From Mytilus edulis (lineage: Eukaryota): DNA of 64,000 bases. Made by a program: the position numbers and the translations under genes. Below the pieces are notes generated by a model. That model searched no databases. It was not told the origin of the DNA and saw nothing but the letters and a program-made list of their open reading frames with translations. Below, in pieces: positions 50,661-61,600 of this stretch; the first letter of the stretch is position 1, and each line of letters begins with the position of its first letter. The DNA is taken from the NCBI RefSeq assembly GCF_963676685.1, contig NC_092357.1:310001-374000 (forward strand), written 5' to 3'.

Positions 50661-51238
50661 GGAGTAGGTCCGGTAAGGCCCCTTTTTGGCCCAAAAATAT
50701 AACAGATTTTCAAAATTGTTAAAATGTAAACTTTTAGTTATTTATTGGACAGTTGAATGCTTCTGCTACATAAATATGGGCTGTTTTTGACAATACAATG
50801 CACATATATCGGGTTGTAGCACCATTAAGTCATGCTAAATTACTGAAATCTTCAAAATTCTATCATTTTAGTTAAATTTTAGACGGTTTCCGTGTAAAAC
50901 GAAAGTGGCCGCATTCGTGTTCATCCTTAATATTGCAATGTAAGTTGTATTTTATGATAATACATAACATATATAAAGGTTGTGGATTAACACGGATGCG
51001 GCCACTTTCATTTTTGACAAAAACAATCTGAAAAGTGATGTTTTTTGGCATATTTGAGAGATTTTTCATATTTGAGCTTCAATCGGATCGTTTTTAATGA
51101 CTAACTCAGTTAAAATCTTTCACATAAACTAATTGAATCAAGTGAAATAGACACTTAAGTGTTTAAAAAGTGGTCAAAATCTTTCTTCAGATGAAACTGA
51201 AATTTGAGGCCAAAATGAGTCCTTACCGGACCTACTCC
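50661..51238. mobile_element. MITE with GGAGTAGGTCCGGTAAGG TIRs, Spy-like (inserted at AAA|TTT, no TSD)
   Basis: TIR at 50661-50678 and its perfect reverse complement at 51221-51238; left flank CCAAA, right flank TTTTT. Confidence 0.78.
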
Positions 51239-51567
51239 TTTTTCCCACCAAAAGTGGGGGGCCGGGCTTTTCGTAAATAAGTGAGTTGTCAGACTGATTG
51301 TTCAATTGGATTTAACTCTTTTTCAAAAGTGGGGCGAGTTGGTAAACAAGAGTGGGACGATTTTTATAAAGTGGCGATTTAGTGTGGGCCGATTGGCCAG
51401 TGGGGCGAATTGACACGGTTTCCGATGATATTTAATCGGGGGTCATTAAGGGTATACATTAGATAGTAATATATATAAAGTATATCATAATGGTTGTGTG
51501 GCGTTCTAAACTAGATTTTATAAATCGTAAATGGTTTTTCGTCTAATCTAAAACAGCTGGGATGTAA

Positions 51568-51701
51568 AATAGTTATCCCATTCGGACTTGGTGTGTCAGT
51601 GTTAGATCACCCTCTGGCCTTTCAGTATTAGATCACTCTCTGGCCTCCGGCCATCGGGGTGATCTTACACTGACATACCGCGTCTTCATGGGATAACTAT
51701 T
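51568..51701. repeat. Long imperfect inverted repeat with GGCCTCCGGCC near the apex (non-autonomous-element-like palindrome)
   Basis: Arms AATAGTTATCCCAT...TGTCAGTGTTAGATCACC and GGTGATCTTACACTGACA...ATGGGATAACTATT; a short internal duplication lies on the left arm. Confidence 0.75.
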
Positions 51702-52004
51702 GCGGCAATAAATGTATCCGTTTTCTGATGAAAAAAAGGAGATTTGATACGATTGCTACTGATATTTCAAATCAAATCAAATAAATACTGCCTTTAAATC
51801 AAATCAGTAAGCAAATATAATGCAAAACACAGTTGTGGTTACATTTTATCCAATCCTTGTACTTTAACGCTTAACTAGGTAGTCTTGTCTTTTTTTATTA
51901 TTCAAGGTTGCGATGATCAGTTTGTATTATTTTAAGGATAAACATTATCTTTCGACTTGTGAGTAGTACCTTCCAACATTTATTTGGTTTTATTTCAGGT
52001 AGAA

Positions 52005-53675
52005 ATGTCCTCAAAGTCGTGCGAACCTTGTCATTTCCACGGATCATTGAAAAATGCTGACTTTTGGTGTACAAATTGTGAAGAGATGCTATGCAAAGAC
52101 TGTCGCAAACATCACCAATCATCTAAGGCCACTAGAGGGCACCACCTTTGCACTGTTCAGGAGTATGAATTTATGGAGTCGCATCCTTTCAAAGTGCCAT
52201 CACGTTGCACCACACATAACAAGAAGTACGAGGCCTACTGCATCACTCACGAGCAGCCATGTTGTATAATCTGCGTCACTGTCTCCCATGGAGGGTGCGC
52301 AGGCGTAGTTGCATTTGAAGACGCGCTAAAAGGTTTTCAATCAAAAACTGCTCTTTCAGATCTGGATGAACGACTTAACAATTTCAGCATCAATGTAGAT
52401 AATTTCAAACGCAGTAGAGAAAGAGTATTGTCTGATTTAGAGCAACAGAAGGAGAGACTTGAACATGTAATCACGGAAAAAAGACGAGGGATTAACGAAT
52501 ATCTGGATAAGATTGAAGAAAGACTCCGAGGCGAGTTAAAATCGAAATACAACAAGTGCATAGGTGATGTAAAGATCCAAGCTGATAGAATAAAACAAAA
52601 GCAAGGGAAAGTTGAGGAAATCAAGTCAAATTTTGAGCAGGTAAAAGAAAAGAAAACAGGCGTACAATTGTTCTTAGCTACGGGTGAAATACATACAATG
52701 ATTTTAGATCAAGAAAATTTCGTAGAAAACATTTATGAGAGCCTGCATAAATATGACATGTCTGTTACATTTGATGACACAGCAAACAACTTATTAATGG
52801 CTTTGCCAAGCTTTGGCAATATTCATATCACCGAGTCTCCTTGTCGAATCTCTATGGTACTAGGACCGTCAAAGACGCCACTTGTAGATGTACCTTGGAT
52901 TTTCAAACCAGTGCAACTCAAGCAGAAGAAAAAGATTGCTGTGAAGAAGGGGGATAATGGCCTTTATATAAACAGTGGTGTTATAATTGGGGATGGACGG
53001 ATAGTCTTGACGGACAAATATAATAACCGTTTGATAGTCTATACAGAATCTGGAGTATTCCAGCGCGATATTCCACTGTCTTGTTCGCCATGGGACGTTA
53101 CGGAAGTGGAGAAAAGTCACGTGGCCGTCTCCCTACCTGACAGCAGTTTGGTTGAAGTCGTTGATATCAACAAGGGAAAAATTGTAAATAAATTCAACAT
53201 TTCCGGACAATGTTCCGGGATATCATTTACAGGAGCAAATATTTGTGTAGCCGTGGCTGGCGACGGGATACAAGTTTTAGACATGAAAGGACACAAAGTG
53301 AAGACACTTCCGGTTGATGTTACCAGGGAAACGTTCATGACGGGTGACATTGATAAACTGTACTATACACACTATACAACACACACTGTACACTGTACAA
53401 CAATTGACCATGAACAAGTGTACAAATTCAACCATGATGAACTCAATTTCCCACAGGACCTCAGTGTTGACGGAGAAGGCCACGTATTTGTCACCGGATT
53501 CATTTCTAATACTCTACTATGCGTTTCCCCTGACGGTCAGCATAGACAGGTACTTTTACGACAATCAGATGGATTAAATTCACCGACGGCAGTATTCTTC
53601 GACAAGAAAAGAAAATTATTACTAGTCTGTACGAATTCGGCTAGTACAGTGTCTCTCTATGAAATTGTGCATTAA
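52005..53675 (+). CDS. RING-less TRIM-like protein: B-box1, B-box2, coiled coil, NHL/beta-propeller; 556 aa single coding exon
   Basis: CEPC...WCTNCEEMLCKDCRKHH, CTTH...YCITHEQPCCIICVTVSH, a coiled coil, then NHL-type repeats (PWDVT, PQDLSVDGEGHVFV, PTAVFFD). Acceptor TTTATTTCAG ends at 51998, just before the ATG at 52005. Confidence 0.9.
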   Translation: MSSKSCEPCHFHGSLKNADFWCTNCEEMLCKDCRKHHQSSKATRGHHLCTVQEYEFMESHPFKVPSRCTTHNKKYEAYCITHEQPCCIICVTVSHGGCAGVVAFEDALKGFQSKTALSDLDERLNNFSINVDNFKRSRERVLSDLEQQKERLEHVITEKRRGINEYLDKIEERLRGELKSKYNKCIGDVKIQADRIKQKQGKVEEIKSNFEQVKEKKTGVQLFLATGEIHTMILDQENFVENIYESLHKYDMSVTFDDTANNLLMALPSFGNIHITESPCRISMVLGPSKTPLVDVPWIFKPVQLKQKKKIAVKKGDNGLYINSGVIIGDGRIVLTDKYNNRLIVYTESGVFQRDIPLSCSPWDVTEVEKSHVAVSLPDSSLVEVVDINKGKIVNKFNISGQCSGISFTGANICVAVAGDGIQVLDMKGHKVKTLPVDVTRETFMTGDIDKLYYTHYTTHTVHCTTIDHEQVYKFNHDELNFPQDLSVDGEGHVFVTGFISNTLLCVSPDGQHRQVLLRQSDGLNSPTAVFFDKKRKLLLVCTNSASTVSLYEIVH

Positions 53676-53749
53676 ATACAAACGTCAATGTACATTTAGT
53701 AATCGTTTGCTCCTATCATAATCTTACTATTTCCAATTCTGAAAAAAAA

Positions 53750-53960
53750 GGAGATTTCATCGATGATTCTGTAAGAACGATGTTAACAATTCTGAAAGAA
53801 CGATTTCATGAAAGACTCTGTAAGAACGATTTCATGAATGATTCTATAAGAACGATTTCATAAATGATTCTGGAAGAACGATTTCTTCTATTATTCTGTA
53901 CGAACGATTTCATCAATGATTTTGTACGAACATCGATGATTCTGTAAGAACGATAACATC
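53750..53960. repeat. ~23-26 bp minisatellite (GATTCTGTAAGAACGATTTCATGAAT-like) just downstream of the TRIM-like stop
   Basis: About 8 visible degenerate tandem copies. Confidence 0.85.
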
Positions 53961-55677
53961 GATTGACATATTTTGTTATATTGTTATTTTAGAGTTACTT
54001 CTCTTGTTTCATACTAGAACTGAAAATAACGTTGTTTGTTTGTGTCTTGAACGTACTAGGTTACATATTTATGTGTTATTTAAAATCATAGACTCCATTT
54101 AACCTGACTTTCCTGTTTGTATTTGACAGAAACTGTTACAAATATTCCACTTGACACAAACATGTCGTTTGTTTATGAGTTACATGTTTGTTTTTCGTTT
54201 ATTTCTTGTACATAAATTATGACGTTATTTTTCTCGTTTGAATCGTTTTATATTGTTATTTCGGGGCATTTTATATCGGCCTATGCGGTATGGGCTTTGC
54301 TCATTGTTGAAGGCCGTACGGTAACCTATAATTGTTAATTTCTGTGTCATTTGGTCTCTTATGGAGAGTTGTCTTTCGTCGACTTACGGATTTGATTGTA
54401 CCTTTAGTAATTTTCGTCTCTATGTTAATCTAAACAAGGTGTTTTTTTAGTGCATTTTCATAATGTCAACCACAACAATGACTTGGTAATAGAAATATGG
54501 TCACTGGGGAATAGATATGGGTCTTTGCCCATTGATGAAGGGCGTACGGAGACCTATAATTGTTACATTAGGTCATTTTGGTCTCTGGTGGAGAAGTGTC
54601 TATTTGGTAATTAATCACACCACATCTTCTTCGTTTTATAATCTTGGTCTTCTTCTCTGACCAGCAGTAAAACCACTGCGAAGGTGGGACGTCCGTTCGA
54701 TTGTGCGGTATTTATAAATTTGCAACTACGTGCGGTCAGAATCGGGACGTTAAATCTGATGTCTCGTAATCAGTGATTGCCACGCTTTCAGTGCCTTAAG
54801 AACGCTTGCAAAACTCTGAAAGGGCCCTCAGGTGGCAATTTTGCGACGTTTATATTACTGTCCCTTGTCCAATTTACCCTTTTCCCCCGCATTAGACTGG
54901 CTCAAAGAGGGTAAATTCATGCTATTCGACCCCATCACATGACACATACTGCTTCTGTTGTATCTATTGAGAATTTGTTCTCGACCTGAATATGAATGAG
55001 AATTGAGATATTTACCACTGAACTTTAAAACACCTTCCACATTAATCCAAAGCGAGATTTTCAAAACGCTTCATTCAAAGCGACTTTCTACACATTTTAA
55101 AAAATCTTTACAAGTCTTTCAAAACGTATAATCTAAAGCGGGGCTTTCTAAATGTTTAATCCGAAACGAGATTTTCTTATATATTTGATTTATTAACGTT
55201 TAATTCAAAGCGAGACTTTCTAAACGATTAATCCTAATCTTCATTTTGGCAAACATTTCACCGAAAGCAGTTGATTGGCTTATTACTAGGTTTTGTATAC
55301 ATGTACATTGTATATTTGTTTATATTTATTAAAACACACATGGCAATTACTGGAGACTTTATTTAAGAAAATGTCGGAAATGCTTGTTATGATAAAAATA
55401 AAATAATGCGGAGGGATGTTACCGGTGAGGAAAAATCGTAATTGAAACACTGATTTTATTGTAATTTTAATACTTTACTATCGTCTGCATAGCTATTTGA
55501 GATTTATGTGTTATATGCCCCTCTAATCATTATTGGCACGTTGGTGTATCTTAATGAGCTAATATTTTTGTTCGTAAAGTGTTTGTCTTAAATAAAAATG
55601 AAATATTCTTCTGAACTCGTTTATGTTAAGTGACAGCTGCGTTTCGTTCAGAAATAATTCAGTACAACAACTGTAAA

Positions 55678-58600
55678 TATTCTGTTTCACATTCAATGTT
55701 TATTACATGTTTTCATATTTATCCGGAACAAATTGAACTGGACCGATTTCTCAAATCACCGTATTATCGACTACCTTTAATTTCTATGACACCGTCCGCT
55801 TCAATATTTCAACACATGGAAAATGGACGACATTTGAACTTCCTACGGAAATCGAGACATACCACTGTCAAGTACGTTTGATTCAATCATAAACTGTGAT
55901 AAATTAATCTGTTTTAACTCCGTTATTTTTAGATAAGTGGTTTATAAATACATACGAACTGTAAGTTATTTATTTCCGAGAAATGAACTGTAAATTCTAC
56001 TTTCGTTTTTGACTCGATTAATAATCTTGTATTTAACATTCATATTTAATTCGTACACATTGTAAAATATTGTATTTTTATTTCTTTCAGTTTACCAATC
56101 TACTGACTATTATGTAAACCTTTCTGGTGGAATTTATAATTACAATTTCAAACAAGTTGTGTTCGTTATATCTTCATCGAGATTGCGATTGCAGTCACCT
56201 GGTTAAACTAGTTGAGTCCGGCTCAGCATAGTAAATTGACAACAACTTGTCTACACATCTCCTGAACAGGAAATACAACGGAGCATCGTTCGTAGCTGTT
56301 ACCTTGACACTACGCAACACAGCTTGTGCGTCCTAGGCAGCAAACCAACAACGTTGAACAAACATTGCCTACAAATAGTTGATTTACATCATGGATCCCA
56401 GTCACGAGGAACAACAAGAAGAGGTTCAGACTCCGGAGGGAGATGTCACTGAAGAACCTGAAGAAAATCCGTCTAAAACAACAAATTTAGATGAAAATGC
56501 CGAGACTAGGCGAGTGCGTGAACTCACCGAAAAGGGACAGGGAGCCTTTATAGAAAAACGTGACAAGTTCTATCACGACTTAGAGGCCCTATGGTCAAAC
56601 CTAGAATCTCGGTTATTAGAAACGACCAACCCTCCTAACGACCTCCAGCAATTGTTAACAGCACAAGATAAAATTGTACAAGCCTGTACTAATTATCGCA
56701 GGCTCACAGACGAGTACTTGAAATTTCTCAAAAATACGAAAACATTAGACAGCCTTCAAGACATTGATACATGCAAATTCTCAACGGATATCCGAATGTC
56801 TAAAGTAGACCTAGCAATTGAAACTTTGCACGAGCATCGCCTTACCTTGACAAGGGCTAAATCAACAAAAACAAAGACATCTAGAGGCAAGAAATCCTCA
56901 CACAGTGGGAGCTCCCACGTCTCTGACATTTCAAGTCTTGCACGGAAGAAGCGTGCTAAAGCAGAGGCTGCCAGAACTCAGATAGCCTTTGCTGAAAAAC
57001 AGGCCTTGCTCCTAAAGCAGGAGGCAATGATAGAAGAACAGACTCTTTTCAAGCAAAATGAAATAAAGGCCGAGGCAGAACAAGAAGCCATCAGAGCAGA
57101 ACAAGAAGCCATCAGAGCAGATCAAGAAGCCACAAGCAGAAAAGCCGAGGCGGAGCAAGAGGCCACACGCAGAAAAGCCGAGGCGGAGCAAGAAGCTATA
57201 CGTAGAAATGCTGAGGCTGCACACCAGAGAGCTGAAATGAAACGCGAGGCCATACGCAGGAAAACTTTAATGGAACAGGAGGCTGCACGCGCAACACGAG
57301 AAAAGGCCGAAATTAAAGCTGCTATGAACATTCTAGAAGCACAAAGAGAAGCTGCAGCCGCAGAAGCCGAGGCTCGTGTCCTAGAATACGACGGCAGCCA
57401 AGCATTTAGCGATCTTCCTGATGAAAAGGAAGACCCGCTCCAGCGTGTGCAAGATTTCGTCAATAAACTTCCTGTATCAACTGTTGTAAAGGAAGTAACA
57501 GGACCTCAAAAGAAAAAACAAATTCCTGTTAAGATCGAGCTGAGTCACGAAGCACCAGCGTTCGTGCCATCCGTGGCACTGAACTTACTGTCACAGACAT
57601 CTGCTGTCTTGCCTTCCGATACTAAGTCACCGGAAGTTACCTCTATCCCAGATCTGGGATTAGTAACCGGCATACAAAAACTAGGCCTTTCAGATGAGAT
57701 CCCTGCTGAACACCAAAAACAGGGTGTTAAAGAAGCGATCCCTGTCTTACGCACAAAACAAGACGTTATAGAAGAGATCCCTGTTTCACACCAAAAACAA
57801 GGCGTAATAGAAGAGATCCCTGTTGCACACCAGCAACAAATCAATCCCACATCGGAGATTACTAGATTTCTCTTGCGTAAGGACCTGCTTTTCTCCCGAT
57901 TAACAAGCTTTAACGATCGGGCAGAATCCTTCCATACTTGGAAAGCGAGCTTTAAGAACGTGACTGATGAGTTACAAGTCTCTGACTCAGAACAGATCGA
58001 CCTACTGATCAAGTGGCTCGGTCCAGAGTCTGCTAAACATGCCATAAGCATAAGAGCGTCGAACGCCAATAATCCTACAATAGGTATACAAAGATTATGG
58101 AAAAGGCTTGACGAGCGGTATGGTGCTCCAGAAATGTTGGAAGCCTCTCTCAGGAGTAAACTTGACAAATTCCCAACATTGACGAATAAGGACAACGCAC
58201 GTCTTTATGAACTATCTGACATTCTATCAGAAATAGAATACCACAAGGAAAATCCCAAGCTGGGATGTCTGCTAGCTTATTTTGATTCACCGACCGGAAT
58301 AAACCCTGTCATTGAAAAACTACCATATGGACTTCAGGAAAAGTGGATTACAAGGGCGTCTAGATACAAATCTAACCACGGCGTTGCCTTTCCTCCCTTT
58401 ACAGAGTTATCTGCTTTCATCAGTGAAATCAGTAGAATTAAAAACGATCCAGGATTAATCTTTGGGTCAAAAGTCACACCAAATACAAAAGGTGCTGCGC
58501 CAAGGTTCACGTCTTACCCCAAGACTAAAGTTGGTACTCATAAAACAGCGGTTGAGCAACAATCCGGAGACGCCAGCAAACAAGGTCTTTGTATTCTGCA

Positions 58601-61600
58601 CAATACAAAGCATTCCTTAAATGAATGTCGAGCGTTCCGAGCCAAATCAATAGAGGAACGCAAAGGTCTTTTGAAAGAAAACAATGTATGTTACAAGTGT
58701 TGTGATTCTACCAAACACAGAAGCCGGGAATGCAACGCACGCATAAGTTGTAAAGAATGTGGAAGTAAACAACACACTACCGCACTTCACATCACTAGAC
58801 CACAGCAACCTGCAAGTTCTCAGTCTAGCTCGCCTAAGCAAGCCTACGGCGGGGAGCCTATAGAATCGGCTGAAACTAAGGCAACCTCAGTTAACTCTAC
58901 CTGTACTGAGATCTGCAAGGATGCGTATAGCGGAAAATCCTGTGCTAAAATACTGCCTGTGAATGTTTATCACAAAGATAATCAGGACAAAGTTATTCGC
59001 ATGTACGCCATCATTGATGACCAAAGCAACCGGTCACTAGCATCGCCCGAATTCTTTAATCTTTTCGACGTCAAAGATAAACCGGAGAACTATACTTTAT
59101 CAACATGCTCCGGCAAAGTAGTCACCTCCGGGAAAAGAGGAAGAGGTTTCATCATGGAATCAATCAACTGTACTGACAAGTTTGACCTTCCTGTACTGAT
59201 TGAATGTGATCATATTCCAAATAATAGGGACGAAATTCCTACTCCGGAAGTCACAATGCATCACCCTCATCTCAAAGAACTCAGAGGAAGCATTCCACCA
59301 TTAGACGAAAATTGCCAAATTCTTCTCCTAATTGGCAGAGACCTTATAGAGGCACACCACGTCCTTGACCAGCGCATAGGACCACCAAGAACTCCATATG
59401 CACAACAATTGAAACTTGGTTGGGTAGTGATAGGAGAAACCTGCATTAACAAGCAGCACGTACCCTTTGAATTAAATGTTAAAATAACCAATATTTTACC
59501 TACAGGACAACCTTCAACCTTTCAACCATGCACAAGCAAGTTTGACATCCGGGAAAATTACACAGACCCTGTAACGAAAGATTTACAATCGCCACTCTTT
59601 GAAAAAACAAAGGACGATGATAAGCCTGGACAGTCATATGAGGACAAAATGTTCATGAAGCAGATGGACAACGAATTTGTGAGAGACTCGGAAGGAAGTT
59701 GGGTAGCACCGTTACCGTTCCGAGTGCCAAGACAGCCATTGCCAAGCAACAGACCACAGGCTCTTCACCGTGCTAACATGTTAGACGCCAGTCTGAATAG
59801 AAACCCAGTGAAGCGGGAACATTTTCTTACATTTATGAGTAAAATCTTAGATAATAATCATGCAGAGCTCGCTCCACCATTGCACGAACATGAGGAGTGC
59901 TGGTATTTGCCATTGTTTGGTGTTTATCATCCGAAGAAACCCGATCAGATAAGAGGTGTGTTTGATTCTTCCGCCAAATGTAACGGAGTTTCACTTAACA
60001 GCGTCCTGCTTACAGGTCCAGACTTGACCAATGATCTCTTGGGAGTACTGCTGCGTTTCAGGAAAGAAATGATCGCAGTAACTGCAGACGTTCAACATAT
60101 GTTTCACTGCTTTGTTGTCAGAAAAGACCACCGAAATTACCTGAGATTTTTATGGCATAAAAACAATGACCTACAGGAGAACCTTGTCGAATACCGCATG
60201 AGGGTTCATGTTTTTGGAAATAGTCCGTCACCTGCCGTCGCTACGCTTGGACTCAGAAAAGCAGCTCAAGCATCAGAACAAGAGTTTGGCAGTCACGTGA
60301 CTAGCTTTGTTACAAGAGACTTCTATGTCGACGACGGTCTAACGTCATGTCCTACTAAAGAGGAAGCTGTAAAGCTCATGAAGGACACACAGCAAGCATT
60401 ATCAAAATATGGAAACTTACGCCTTCACAAGTTTGCCTCTAATTGTGCGGAAGTTATGTCTGCATTTCATGCCAGTGATTTGGCTTCAAATCTCAAAGAT
60501 CTAGACTTAGAATGCGACAGCAAACCCCTACAACGTAGTCTTGGTCTCAGCTGGGACGTAAACACAGATAACTTCTTATTTCAATTATCATCAGAAAACA
60601 AACCGATCACTCGGAGAGGAATTTTATCTACGATAAACAGTCTCTACGATCCTCTTGGATTTTTGGCTCCAGTGATTATTCAAGGGAAACTCCTATTAAG
60701 GAAAATAGTATCAGAAACCGTGGATTGGGACCAACCTCTCTCCGATGAAACAGCAGCGGAGTGGAAATCTTGGAGAGATACTCTAATTGCTATCGAAACA
60801 TTACGCATTCCACGTACCTACGTACCGTATCTCAGCAAAACAGCCACAAAGGAGTTGCACGTCTTCTCTGATGCATCAGAAAAAGCCATAGCAGCTGTTG
60901 CATATCTACGCACGACCGACAGTAGTGGTGAACCTAACATAGGGTTCATTCTTGGGAAAGCTAAAGTTGCACCAACGAGTGGTCACACTATTCCACGACT
61001 TGAATTATCTGCTGCTGTATTAGCAGTTGAGATTACACAAACCATTGTGGATAATTTAGATTTACATATAGACACCGTGAAATTCTACACAGACAGTAAA
61101 GTTGTCTTAGGTTACATCAGTAATGAGACAAGAAGGTTCTTTATCTATGTCGCCAATAGAGTAGAGAAAATAAGGAAATTTAGCTCTCCAAGTCAATGGA
61201 ATTACGTACCAACTAACCGTAATCCCGCAGATTCGGGAACAAGGTCCGTACCAGCCCACGAAATTCATAGCAGTGAATGGTTATTGGGACCAAGACAACT
61301 TCTTTCCTCAGAACAGAAGAATTCTAAGGACATATATCAGCTAATAGATCCAGAGGAAGATGGAGAAATTCGTGCAACTGTTAATGTTGCAAAAACATTT
61401 GCCACACTTGAACATAAAGGTATCGGAACTGAAAGATTCAACAGATTCTCAAACTGGACATCACTTGTGCGAGCGATAGCCTTTTTAGAACGTTTCTCCC
61501 GTTTACACGGGTCAAAACAAGCAGCACCAGTGAATTCTCTTGAAGGATTTTCGAATGCCGAAAATTTCATTTTAATATCTGCTCAATTTGAAGTTTACGG

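Noticed and set aside
54640-55050. Possible SINE remnant (also ~18840-18990)
   Set aside because: Only vague similarity to SINE central domains; no clear A/B boxes or boundaries, so it was not listed as a feature.
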